The notes below the pieces were generated by a model. The model saw only the letters and a list, made by a program, of their open reading frames with translations. It was not told the DNA's origin and ran no database searches. A DNA stretch of 63,179 bases, filler included, from Reclinomonas americana ATCC 50394 (lineage: Eukaryota), in the NCBI GenBank assembly GCA_048213135.1. It is 3 parts of 2 records of this genome, joined end to end, with 100 filler letters (N's around TTAATTAATTAA, not from the genome) between each part and the next. Parts side by side here need not be neighbours in the genome. Positions count along the whole stretch, not along the records: positions 27,323 to 57,815 come from PS015194.1; positions 57,916 to 63,179 come from PS015196.1; 1 more part is not named here. One strand, written 5' to 3'. The translations under genes were made by a program, and so were the position numbers. Positions 51,981 through 63,179 of this stretch are shown piece by piece (positions within the stretch are counted from its first letter, which is position 1; each line of letters starts with the position of its first letter).

Positions 51981-53069
51981 TCATCGCCGCGAGCGACGAC
52001 TCGGCTGTGTTCGTTGTTGTTGTTGCTGCTGCTGTTGTTGTTGTTGCTGCTGCCGTCCCTCGTACACACCAGCATAGTAGCCCGAGTAATAGTACGAGAG
52101 GAGCAGATTGTGCAGATCGGCATCGGTGCCAGGCAACGGTGGCGGTGGCATGGGCGACGCAGCAGCCGCAGCAGTCGCAGTCGCAGCAGCGGCACGAGTC
52201 GGCGGCGGAGCGATGCGATACCCGTCCTGGTAATAGACTGGCGTTGGCGCCACCTCCTCCTCCTCCTCTCCCTCCTCCTCGTCTTCTTCTTCACCATCCT
52301 CGTCTTCCTCCTCGTCATCGTACTCATCCGCCGCCGCCGCCGATGCTTCTCCCACTCCGCCACCATACGACCACGCAGCGTACGGCTGCATTTGCTGCTG
52401 CTGTTGCTGCTGTTGCTGGTAGTACGCAGCCCACGCAGCAGCCGTCGGATCCGAACTCCTGCGCCACCGCCAGCCACACGTGAGTCCAACGAAGGATAAG
52501 AGGCCAGCACGACAAACGCAACGCATAGTACGCGGCCGTGTACGGATCATACTGCTGTTGCTGCTGCCCGTACCCATACTGCGCATAGTACGCTGCAGTA
52601 GCAGCAGCAGCAGCGGTGCTGTCCACTGCATCCTCGGATGCAGTCTTCGCCTTTGACTTCTTACTCTTCTTCGCCTTGTCCTTCTTTTTCCTCTTCTCTG
52701 CTCCCTCGCCCTCCTCCTCGCCCTCCTTCTTGCTGGACTTGTGCTTGCCATGCTTGTCCTTCTTCTCCTTGCGCTCCTTCTTTGACTTCTTCTTCTTGTG
52801 CTTCTTCTCGTCCTCCTCCTCCTCCTCCTCTTCACTGCGCGGTGGCACACGATGCCGCGCACTGTACTCACTCTGCGCCTGCTCCCACGCACGCAGCAGT
52901 GCCGAGTCGTCCCACAAATCGCTGTTCTGCTGCGTGGACACTCACAATAAGACCCTTGTGTGTGTGTGTGAGAAAGAGAGAGTGTGTGAGCGAGCGTGTA
53001 GGACGCAACGCGCAGCTCGGCAATGGTGTACGTCACACCAGGCTCCACGTGTGTCACCGGCGTCGCCAT
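51981..53069 (-). CDS. SMN: Survival motor neuron (SMN) homolog
   Basis: N-terminal SDLWDDSALLRAW (Gemin2-binding); C-terminal PMPPPP..LHNLLLSYYYSGYYAGVYEG (YG box). Confidence 0.8.
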   Translation of the reverse strand: MATPVTHVEPGVTYTIAELRVASYTLAHTLSLSHTHTQGSYCECPRSRTAICGTTRHCCVRGSRRRVSTVRGIVCHRAVKRRRRRRTRRSTRRRSQRRSARRRRTSMASTSPARRRARRRAREQRRGKRRTRRRRVRSQRRRLHPRMQWTAPLLLLLLQRTMRSMGTGSSNSSMIRTRPRTMRCVCRAGLLSFVGLTCGWRWRRSSDPTAAAWAAYYQQQQQQQQQMQPYAAWSYGGGVGEASAAAADEYDDEEEDEDGEEEDEEEGEEEEEVAPTPVYYQDGYRIAPPPTRAAAATATAAAAASPMPPPPLPGTDADLHNLLLSYYYSGYYAGVYEGRQQQQQQQQQQQQQRTQPSRRSRR

Positions 53070-53126
53070 TGGAGAGACAGAGAGACAAACACGTGCAGGA
53101 CACAGCGCAAAACCGTTCGTTTGTCA

Positions 53127-55184
53127 ATGAAGCAGCGAGCGGTGCCCTCGCCTTCCTCTGCAGCAGCTGCGACTGCTGCGGCGGCGGCGACTGCTGCAGC
53201 GACTGCTTCTGCGAATGGAGACAGTGGCGCATTGCCTGGAACGCCCTCTTCGTCGAGTGTGTCGGCGACGGCAATGAGTCCGGCGGTGGAGGGTTTGATG
53301 AGCGCAGAGGGCGTGGATGCGCGTGGTGGCTCGCCTTTGCATGGGAAAGGCCGCTTGTTGTCGGCGGCCAGCATCAGTGCACGTGGCGAGCACGGGGACG
53401 GCGGTGGGCATCATAATCACGGCCACTTGTCGGTGTGTGGGCTGAGTGGGCGGGCGATGATGCTGGCCACGCTGTGCTTGATTGCGCTGGGAGAGAACTT
53501 GAGGTGCGTGCGCACGGAAGTGAGAGAAAGAGACCAGACTGTGAGAGATGCGCTGAGAGACTGTCGATCGCAGTTACTATCTGCCGGCGCCGTTCATTGG
53601 GCCTGAGATGATCTCGCGAGGTCTCACGCAGCTGCAAGTTGGTTTTGTCGATGCCAGTCCGTCGATTGCGTCGCTGCTGGCGACGCCGTTTGTGGCGCGC
53701 GTTCTGCGGGTGCCGGGGCGAGCGCGGATGCTGTTGTATGTGGGTCTGATGTTGCAGATTGCGGCGTACTCGGCGTTCAGTTTCATGGGCCACGTGGGCG
53801 ACGGCGTGGGATTCTTGATTGGTTCGCTGACGCTGCAGTCGGCGGTCGGTGTGGCAAGCGCGTGTACGCAGACCACGAGTCTGACGCTGGCGGCGCGCGC
53901 GTATCCGAGTCAGACGGGGTGGGCGCGAGGTGTGGTGGAAACCGCCGTCGGCGTCGGCTTTTTCCTCGGCCCCGGTCAGTGCAATGTCTCCACGTGTGTT
54001 CTCGCCTGGCGACTGACTGACTTTCTTCCGCGCGCAGTGGTCGGCGGCTTGCTGTACTCGGCCAGCTCGTTTGCCTTCCCGTTTGTGGTGATGACGGTGT
54101 TCATGTGCATCTGCCTGGCGTCCTTTGAGTGCGTGCAGCGGAGAGTACGACTGCGCGACGAAGGCGATGAGTCCACACTGGATGCTGGCGGCGACGAGAT
54201 GGACGAGGAGAATGGGGGCGGAGATCCGGAGGATGTGCGCGAATATCGCGGCGAGAAACCGCTGTGGAGAATTCTGTTCGGGCGCTGGTGGGTGCTGATT
54301 GGCACCATGGCCGTCTACTGCAGCTCGGTAATGTTTGGCCTGCTGTCGGCCACACTCGCACCGGCCCTCGACGGCACTCTCGGCAGCGTGGGTGTGGCCA
54401 TTGCTCTTGGTCTCACCAATGTGACGTACGTTGGCTCGTCGCTCTTTGCCGGCTGGGTTAGCGACGGCCAGGCGTGGTCCCGCCGATTGACGCTGCTGGT
54501 CGGTTTGTTGGCGTGCGGCCTGGGCACACTGCTGCTCGGCCCGGCCTCCACCATGCTGGCCGATCGGCTCCCGGACGAGGAGGGGCCGCCGCTGTCGGCG
54601 TTGATGACAGTGTTGACCAGTGTGGTGCTGATGGGACTCGGTGGTGGAGTTGCGTTGTTGTGCCGATGTCGTGAGTTGAAGAATGATTACTGAAGGCGTG
54701 GCAGTTTGCATACGTGGCGCCATTCCCCGAGATCACTGCGTCGCCGGACATTGGCGAACGGCGGGCGCACTTGGCCAGCGCCCTGGCCTTTGCAGCCATG
54801 GAGGCCGGGTCGTTGAGTGGCGCCATTGGAGGATCGGAGTTGGTGGAATTGGTGCGTGTGTGCATGCCGGCATTGTCACCCTGCTGGTTTCGTGCTACTC
54901 GATTGTTTTGTTCATTATTTCCTCGTTTTGTGCGCACCTAGCTGGGATTCTCCAAGGCCACGCTATGGGTCGGCGGCTGCATCACTTTTATTTCGGTGCT
55001 GAGCATCGTCTACGCGGTGCAGTCGTCGTCGTCGTCGTCATCAACATCTTCCGGTGACGCCATGGCCACCTCGGGTGCGCTCATCCTGCGCAGCACAACG
55101 CAGGCGTCGGCGCTGTCGACGAACCACCAGCGATTAGGGTCGTCGACAGTAATCCAGATGCAGGAGATTAAATCGGCTATGTAA
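53127..55184 (+). CDS. MFS transporter (SLC18B1-like)
   Basis: Multiple TM helices, GVVETAVGVGFFLGPVVGGLLY, AGWVSD. Confidence 0.8.
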
Positions 55185-55546
55185 GTATTGTTACGGCTGC
55201 GGTCTGTCCCGATTGACGCCGATATCGAAAAACAGCTCGATCGTCACTCGCTTTCCCTTTTTGTGCGTCACTCGCCGTTCCGTCGCTGAATCGACACACC
55301 AGCGTAAAACCGCCCGCGCCCCAGCATCACGTGGGCGACGCGCGCGACGAACCGCCTCTCTCACTCGTCTGGTCGATTATTCCGTCGTTTGTGCACAATT
55401 CTCCCGGAGGGACGATTCTTGTTTCGCCCCAAGTCCACCACTCGCTGAGGAGAGCACGCAACGTCGTCCCTCTCTCTCCGCCCCCACAACACCACCACCG
55501 ACAGTCAAACACCTCCTTGCCTGACCTCAAAAACGACGCGCCCACC

Positions 55547-56082
55547 ATGCCTCACTACCCATCAGCGGTCCACCGGCCATCATCATGGACGACAATGATG
55601 CTTCTCATCGCCTTCCTCGTACTCTCCGCAGCCACCGCCGCCGCCGCCGCCTCAGCAGCCGCCGCACCACATGCCTCACAAGTCGAGGAGGCAGTTACGT
55701 GAGCGGCTGGGGCGGCGCACGTGATCGCAGAGGTACCTCACACGTGTGCACACAGCGACGCGAGTTCCGCAGCATGCGACGCGTCATGGCCTCGCTCAAC
55801 GTGCTGGTCCACACCAACGCCACCGCGCAGAGACTCCACGCGGCACTGGAGGCCGCTCGACGCCTGCAGACTGTCGGCGAGCACGACACCAACGCCGAGG
55901 CGGCGGCGCACGATCACTCGCGCGACGCGCTGATTGCCCGCGTCCAACACATGAGCAAGCTGCAGCAGGAGGTGCTGGCAGTCTACAAGGGCGCTCGCCG
56001 TGATGTTCCACCGGCAGAGTTTGTCAAGATGGTCGAGGCGTTCAAGGAAACGCTTACCACGTACACCTCACCAGCTAACTAA
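55547..56082 (+). CDS. Predicted secreted helical protein
   Basis: Signal-like MMLLIAFLVLSAATAAA, one intron, stop TAA 56080-56082; similar to 57176-57777. Confidence 0.6.
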
Positions 56083-56127
56083 CGGATTGAGTGGAGTAAT
56101 GAACTTGTCGCTGTTTCGCTGTTTTAC

Positions 56128-56411
56128 ATGCGCTTTGCACTGGCCTCTGAGGCCATTACGACAGAGGTGGCTGCCGCCGGCACCAAACCAGCTGCGTAAG
56201 CCGAGCCGGGCAGCAAATCGAAAGAGAGAGAGAGAGAGAGTATGTGATTGCTCACATGCACACACAGGTGTTTGTGCTGTTCTACTCGGAGACGTGTCCA
56301 CCTGCGCGTGCCTTCTTCCCCTCGTTCACTGCGGTGGCAGAGGAGTACGCCAACGACGCGGTGTTTCTGGTCACAGACTGGGAGCAATCACGCGTTTCGT
56401 CTTGTCACATT

Positions 56412-56442
<31 letters not shown>

Positions 56443-56900
56443 ACTCTCTGTGTCGTTAGGATCTGGTGCAAGTGCACAGCATCGTGTCGCTACCTGCGGT
56501 GCTGTGTCTGCGGCGCGGTCGCAGCTCACAGGCCGACATTCTGGTCGGGGCGGCCAAGGCGCCACTGGTGCGCTTTGTGCGCACACACTTGGGTCTGACG
56601 GTGGACGAGCCGCCACCAGTGGTGGCACCCACGCGCGCTCGACCAGCGGCAGCAGTGGCTCCGGCACCACCGCAGAGTGGCGGAGGAACGACGAGCTCGA
56701 CGGCCAGTGCGCCCAAGCGATCTGCAGCAGCAGCGGCGGCACCTGCAGGAGGAGGAGGAGGCAGTAGCAGTCGATCGGCCACTGCAGTTGCCGCTGCGCC
56801 TGCGCCACACCATCACACGAACGCCGACAGTGACGATGATGATGACGATTACGGTGGTGGCGAGTTGGACGACGATGACTTGAGTACAGATGAGCTATAG
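56128..56900 (+). CDS. Thioredoxin-fold protein with CxxA site and C-terminal TDEL
   Basis: GTKP|VFVLFYSETCPPARAFFPSF..IVSLPAVL..STDEL*; 5' structure uncertain. Confidence 0.7.
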
Positions 56901-57175
56901 CGGTGACTGGCGGAAGGAGGGTGAGGAGGGAGAAGGATAAGATGTCGATCTGTCTTGGCCGCCTTGACATAGACGGTGGCGATGATGACTGTCGCTGGAG
57001 CACTCACTCGCACACTCACTGCTACTAGCGGATGGACGATGCAGGTGTACCGCAAAACATCGTTGGCAAAACATTTTATATAGGCAGCTAGTTAGTACAT
57101 GATACAGAATGGTGACAGTGCCCAGCACGTCGTCTTCTCCAACCAGAGGGTCCTCTCTGGCAGCCGCAAGAGGCA

Positions 57176-57777
57176 TTACTCGGGACGAGCAAACTCAGTG
57201 AGCGCCGCCTCAAACCTGCACGTGCACGACGTGTGAGTGTGCAGTTGTCCCAAGCACACACACATTGGCAAATAAAAAAGAACGCAACTCAGACATGAGG
57301 GTGGTGAACTCCTTGATGTGGCGCACGTTCTTGGCGTCGAGGTGCTTGAACGAGGCCTCCACAGTGCCAAACAGCGAGTTCAAGTTGACCAGCGCACGCT
57401 CCAACACAGTGCGGCTGCGTGGGTTCTCGGCACGGCGACCACCGCGTGTCTGGTGCATGCGCATCGAGGTCAGCGCGGCCTCCAGCACACCGGCATCGGA
57501 CGAGCTCTGCTTGGCCTGTTCATGCACATGCACACAGCGTGAGTGGCTCTGTGTGTGACTCGTGTGATCACCAAGCGCGCCTAGTCACCTTGTTCACGTG
57601 GCGGAGCAGCTGGCGCCAGCTGCGATAGTCGGCGCGGGCCTTCTCGTACAGGGCAGAGGCATCACCCAGGGCTCCCTCGTTGCCAGCGTCCTCGGCAGAG
57701 ACGGCAGCGTAGGCGGTGGTGGCGGCCAGAGCGCACAACACCAGCAACAGGAGGAGTGTTCGCACAGAGATGATCAT
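57176..57777 (-). CDS. Predicted secreted helical protein, paralog of 55547-56082
   Basis: Signal peptide MIISVRTLLLLLVLCALAATTAYA; two introns; ends FEAALTEFARPE*. Confidence 0.7.
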
Positions 57778-57859
57778 GATTGGGTGGGGTGGGGTGTGTG
57801 TGTGTGGGTGTGTGTNNNNNNNNNNNNNNNNNNNNNNNNNNNNNNNNNNNNNNNNNNNN

Positions 57860-57871
57860 TTAATTAATTAA
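57860..57871. other. Artificial six-frame stop linker (scaffold junction)
   Basis: TTAATTAATTAA flanked by N runs. Confidence 0.95.
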
Positions 57872-57948
57872 NNNNNNNNNNNNNNNNNNNNNNNNNNNNN
57901 NNNNNNNNNNNNNNNGTCGAGGCCGTCGTCTATTTCTTCTCTCTTTCT

Positions 57949-57996
<48 letters not shown>

Positions 57997-59265
57997 TCCT
58001 TTCATTCTTCTCGGTCTCTATTTCTTTTCTTTTCCCCTCTTGTTCCCTCTCTCTTTCCTCCTTTCATTCATTGTTTGTTTGATTCTCTCTCTCTCTAGAT
58101 TTCTCTTTCGCTATTCAAGGGGCTTTGTGTCGATGTTGATGCTGTTGGCTCTGTCCTTTCCTGTCTCCATTTCCTTCTGCATGAGATTTCTCTCATCGTC
58201 GTTGTTGTGAGAGAGCTTGTTGGTGGCCTGCTCATCTCCCTCTCTCTCTCTTTCTTTTTCTTTCTCTTCTACACGAGTCAGCTTTGCGTCGATGTGGGTG
58301 CCGTTTTCTTTTCTCTCTCCTCCTTCCGTTCTGCATTGAGAGCGTGTCGATGCCTTGAGGTTTCGCTACGTATTTTTGTTTTTGCACGAGAGCTGTGTTG
58401 TGTGAGTCTCGCCTGCTCGTTTTCTCTCTCTCTCTCTCTCTCACTCGCTCACTCTCTCTTCTCAAGTGATGTTGCCACTGTACGTGAGAATTCGTTCTTG
58501 TCCTTGTTGTTGTTGCAAGTGAGCTGTGGGCCAGTGTGAGTGCCATTTGGCCTCCTCCTTCTCTCTCCCTCTCTCCTTCCCCCGTACTTCCTCCCTTTCC
58601 TCCCTTGCCCCCCCTTTTGCTCACCTCCCTTCCCCCTTTCCGCAGAGCCCGCGANNNNNNNNNNNNNNNNNNNNNNNNNNNNNNNNNNNNNNNNNNNNNN
58701 NNNNNNNNNNNNNNNNNNNNNNNNNNNNNNNNNNNNNNNNNNNNNNNNNNNNNNNNNNNNNNNNNNNNNNNNNNNNNNNNNNNNNNNNNNNNNNNNNNNN
58801 NNNNNNNNNNNNNNNNNNNNNNNNNNNNNNNNNNNNNNNNNNNNNNNNNNNNNNNNNNNNNNNNNNNNNNNNNNNNNNNNNNNNNNNNNNNNNNNNNNNN
58901 NNNNNNNNNNNNNNNNNNNNNNNNNNNNNNNNNNNNNNNNNNNNNNNNNNNNNNNNNNNNNNNNNNNNNNNNNNNNNNNNNNNNNNNNNNNNNNNNNNNN
59001 NNNNNNNNNNNNNNNNNNNNNNNNNNNNNNNNNNNNNNNNNNNNNNNNNNNNNNNNNNNNNNNNNNNNNNNNNNNNNNNNNNNNNNNNNNNNNNNNNNNN
59101 NNNGAAGGAGGTTGACGCAGTGAGGTGATTGAGAGAGTAAGTGAGTGTGTGAGAGAGAAAGGGATGGAGCGGGAGAGAGAGAGAGAGAGAAATCCAGGAA
59201 GAGAGCCGAGAGAACTTTCATTACCCTTTAAAGGTTACTCACTTCCATCCCCCCTCCACCCCACA

Positions 59266-59988
59266 GTGCTTCTGGAGAGGTACGGCGGCTCGGAGCACAT
59301 GACCAAGGTGCCGGAGGAGTTGGTGCTGGCGGCGTCGGAGCGCTACGTGGAGTACGGTGCTGACGGCAAGCCGCTGATCAAGGCCAAGGGGCCGGTGATT
59401 GCGCGCAGCAAGTACGAGGAAGACGTGTACGTCAACAATCATTCGTCGGTGTGGGGCTCGTACTGGAAGGATGGCCAGTGGGGCTACTCGTGTTGCAAGT
59501 CGCTGTCGAAGGACTCGTATTGCCGCGGACCCAAGTAAGTTTTGAGAAGGGAAAAGGAACTCGGTGACGTGCTCGCTCACTGTCTCCCCTTTCGCAGTGC
59601 GCGCGACTCGGAGGACGACCTCATCGCGGAGATGATTCGGCGCAAGGAGATGGAGCTGGAGCAGAAGCGGTTGGCGGACGAGGCGGCGGCGGCGTCGGGG
59701 AGCAAGAGTGGGCGGAGAAAACGCGGCCGCAGTGAGGAGAGCGGGAGCGGGAGTGGTAACAGCGACGACGACGACGAGGAGATGGAGCGGAAGCGCAAGG
59801 TCAAGGAGGCGATGCGGCGGGAGCAGGAGCGCATTCGGCGGCTGCGGGAGGAGGGGTTGGCGGATGATCGGAAGCGCGGGTACAATTCGCTGGCGGGCGA
59901 CTCGGAGCATCATGTGCGGGAGGAGGATTTGGAGGCGTTTATGTTGACGAGGGAGCATTATGATGATCCGATGAGGAAGGGGAAGTGA
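59266..59988 (+). CDS. SLU7: Pre-mRNA splicing factor SLU7, 3' exons
   Basis: LLERYGGSEH..RSKYEEDVYVNNHSSVWGSYWKDGQWGYSCC..RKRGYNS..EDLEAF..DDPM. Confidence 0.9.
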
Positions 59989-60290
59989 TGAGGGGGGATT
60001 AGGGAAAGGGAAATGAAGGGAATCGGAGAAGGTGGTTGGAGCGAGATGTGAGTCCTTGTTGACGCGCTCTGAGACGTCTACGATGCCAGGTTGAAAGTTT
60101 CCACGATCCACAGCCTCACGAAGCACAATACAACACGAAGTTGGAGACGAGGGGAGAAACATGCTGCGTGACATGGACATTACGGGCGCGGCGGTAAGAG
60201 GCGCCATACTCATTCGCGAATCTGGACCCCCTCTCCAAGCCAATTCCTGGGTTTCATTCTCTACGCAAGATATGCTCGCCACTCCAACAC

Positions 60291-62242
60291 TTACGCCGAC
60301 TCGGGCTTGCGCAAAAAGTAAATGTGATACTGTGAATCAAATCGTCAGCTCCCAAACACACTCGCACAACACACACTGCAACTCAACGTGGAACATCTCC
60401 CCGATGCGCTTCACCGTCATCTCGAACGGGTGCTCGCTGAGCCATGGTCGCAGGTGCGGGAAGGCAAAGGAGATCTGCGTGGGAATGAGTGGTTGCGAGT
60501 GTGGACTCTCACGGAAGCACAACCACGCACCTGAATGTACGTGCCGCCAGGGCGGAGCACGCGGTACACCTCACGCAGCGTCCTCGCAATGTCGGCCATG
60601 CACTCCTCGCTCTTGTCGACCTGGTAGGGACGGAAAGGAGCGAGAGGGGAGGGAGAAGGAACGGATGAGGGCAAAGAGCACACAAAGTGAAGTGCAGGGC
60701 TGAAAAACGCGGCAGATTCTGCTGCGAGCGCAGACATGCGACGGAGTGTATCATGGCAAGGGGCAGTGACTAGGTGAGCGTAAACACGGGGCAAGGAAAG
60801 AAGGCGGCAGAAATGCGGCGAGTACAGAGGACAGCAAGGCATGCGACGGAGTGACAAGATGTAAGCCTATCATGTCAAGGGGCAGTGACTAGGAGAGCGT
60901 AATCAAGAGGCAAGAATACAAGGCGACAGAGGAAACAATGAGCGAGGCGGACAGCGACTCACACGACGAAGTGCAATGCTCCACTTGCGAGAAGAAATGT
61001 TACGACAAGCGGGACGATATGGAAAGAGAAAGAGCGTAGCTATGGGAGCAACACACCGATGTGTTGGCGACTCCCTCGCGATTGAGTTCACGAAAGTGAA
61101 CGCAACAGGCAAAATAATGCATGATGGTGACAAGAACAGGAAGCAAGCGGTGCATGCTAAGTCATGAAAGAACGTAAAGAGAACAAGCCCAGTGACAAAA
61201 CTTCCAGCGCATCCAGCGTGCCCTTGTCAAGCACCACGTCGTATGAGCCATCGGCATCGTCGCGCAGGTCGCGAATGTCGGCCACACGCCCTGCAAGAAG
61301 GGAGTGAGGAGAGTGCCATGAAGAAGCGGAGTGGTGACGGACAGCGCGATGAAAGAGAGAGAGAGACGATAAGCGTTACTGTTGCACGAAACGGGGCAGA
61401 AAGCAATCATGAAGCAGAATGCACCACACAAGCCAGGAAGCGACAACAACTGCAATGCTCTCCAAAAATGCGCTTGAGGCAACGATGTCTTAACAGATGG
61501 CCATGCGCAGCAAGATCGTGCTCAGGTGCGACGAGAACGAGGAACCAAGCAGGGAAGTGAGAGATGAGAAACAACACGCGTAGCACAGGTCACATGAGAC
61601 ATAGATGAGGCAGAAAGGAGAGAAGCCCTTGCTTAACACTGTGCTTTCACGAAACATGTCATCTCCGGTCGCTTCTCCTGCATATTGCGGATGACCACGT
61701 CGCTGAAATCGACATTGACGAGGTTGGTGTAGCCTGCACAAATAATGAGTATAGAAGCAAAGGTTGCTGTAACAGGAGCACACCGCACCAGCATCGTACA
61801 AGTCGGCCGACAATGCTATCACAAAAGGTGAGCGTGATGCAGCAACACTCTCTCAAAGACGAGAACACGCGCAACTGCTGTTTCCGCAGCCCAGATGCAG
61901 AATGCGGTCCTCCGGCTTCATCGCCGGCCTGCGCAGAAGAGAGTCAGAACAACGTACAATGAGTGACTCAGCTGGAAGTACGACGCACCGCAGGTGCTCC
62001 TCCAGATCAGACCATCGCTTGAACCACTGTGCAGAGGTAAGATGACGACGACCACAGACAGGCAAAACGCATTGCACGCAACATCGTACGACTCCTCCCT
62101 GCGACGCAGAGAACAAAGAAGTGAAGGGTGAGAAACGATGCACTCTCCATCAACACCACCAGTGTCACAGGGTGACGTGAGAACATGCTTAGAGATAGAG
62201 AGGGACACGCACACTGAGAGAGAGAGAGAGTGAGTGAGTTGT

Positions 62243-62287
<45 letters not shown>

Positions 62288-62975
62288 CAAACATGCTCTG
62301 AGATAGAGAGGGACACACACACAGAGAGAGAGAGAGAGGGCGCGCAGCGGTGGCCAACACTCGACAATCTTCATCTTCATCGACTTGGCACTGTCAGGAA
62401 CGCATAAGAAGCGCTCACGTCGACACAGAAAAGTGGAAGTGCATACAACTGCAAAGCCAAGAACAGCACAAAGAGTTCACAAAGAGGAGAAACAGATGTT
62501 TTCCCGACAATCATCCTCATCATCAATCACTCGGCACAGCCTTGGGAGAATGCAGTTGCGAATGTCGCAGCAGGCACACAGAGAGCACGCACAGAGGCAT
62601 GACCCGATGAAGGCCCAAAGAGAGAGAGAGCAGGCGGAGAAGGGAGATTGCATGACCGTGTGAAAGAAAGAGATGCAACAGCAGAAGGAACGACATGCAG
62701 GCAGCCACAGATGAGAGAATGCAGATGTAGAGGTCGCAGCAGGCACACACCGTGCACACAGGCATGATCACATGAAGGGCACACAGAGTCAGTGATCGAG
62801 TCGGAGTGACTCAGTGAATGAGTGAGTGAGCGTGCGTGTGTGTGTGTGTGTCAGTGAGAGAGGGAGAGAGAGAGAGAGTGCGTGAGCGAATGAGCGTGTG
62901 AAAGAAAGATGTGATGAGGGAGTGCATGCACACACGACTCAACGATTCGTAACGCGTATCCCAGTACGATTTCTC
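60291..62975 (-). CDS. Class I SAM methyltransferase (EEF1AKMT4/METTL13-N-like), 5' end outside or uncertain
   Basis: KSYWDTRY, ESYD|WF, ILHLGCGNS, NVDFSDVVI, YDVVLDKGTLDAL, VYRVLRPGG, ISFAFPH. Confidence 0.85.
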
Positions 62976-63084
62976 CTGTGAACACAGCACACACACATGA
63001 GTGAGAGAGAGGAGAGTGAAAGAGGGAAGTGAATGCAAGCACTCATTCTCTCACTGCTTCTCCACAATCACAGACACGCTCTCT

Positions 63085-63095
63085 CTTGCTCTCTT

Positions 63096-63179
<84 letters not shown>
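63085..63179. repeat. (CT)n then (GT)n microsatellite at scaffold end
   Basis: Direct reading. Confidence 0.9.

Noticed and set aside
53374-54723. Long antisense ORFs (also 9567-10511, 31198-32361, 19375-20370)
   Set aside because: Shadow ORFs opposite GC3-rich real exons; no motifs.
63115-63179. Terminal (GT)n as a telomere
   Set aside because: GT/GA microsatellites are common in introns throughout; more likely an assembly break.
1-63179. Alternative genetic code or introner-type repeated introns
   Set aside because: Genes end in TAA, TAG and TGA normally, in-frame stops are explained by introns, and introns share only short splice motifs and microsatellites, not full-length similarity.

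Overview
Gene-dense, intron-rich, GC-rich nuclear DNA from a microbial eukaryote. It may be amoebozoan-like, but that is inference only. The window holds three scaffolds concatenated by N-TTAATTAATTAA-N linkers (1-27222, 27323-57815, 57916-63179), plus many internal N gaps. About 22 spliced protein genes can be reconstructed by hand. They include an inositol polyphosphate kinase, a SIRT6/7-type sirtuin, TCTP, an EF-hand protein, GPATCH11, ANK-PH, an LDLa/class-C GPCR, a giant kinase-pseudophosphatase, GCP3, ZIP, PRA1, ARID, NTF2-like, ABCD, PAP2, MORN-PH, SMN, MFS, a thioredoxin-like protein, SLU7 and a methyltransferase. The most striking signal is non-coding: an array of seven small-RNA-gene-like units at 3282-5024. 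Each unit has a CCCACAA upstream element, an ACAAGA box at fixed spacing, an 80-121 nt stem/internal-loop/bulged-stem/variable-loop RNA with compensatory base changes, and an oligo-T end. I do not recognise it as a known family. Second, many introns use a +1-shifted donor (GTTGCGT), and there are GC donors and one candidate GG donor. Exon boundaries were read manually and may be off by a few bases.
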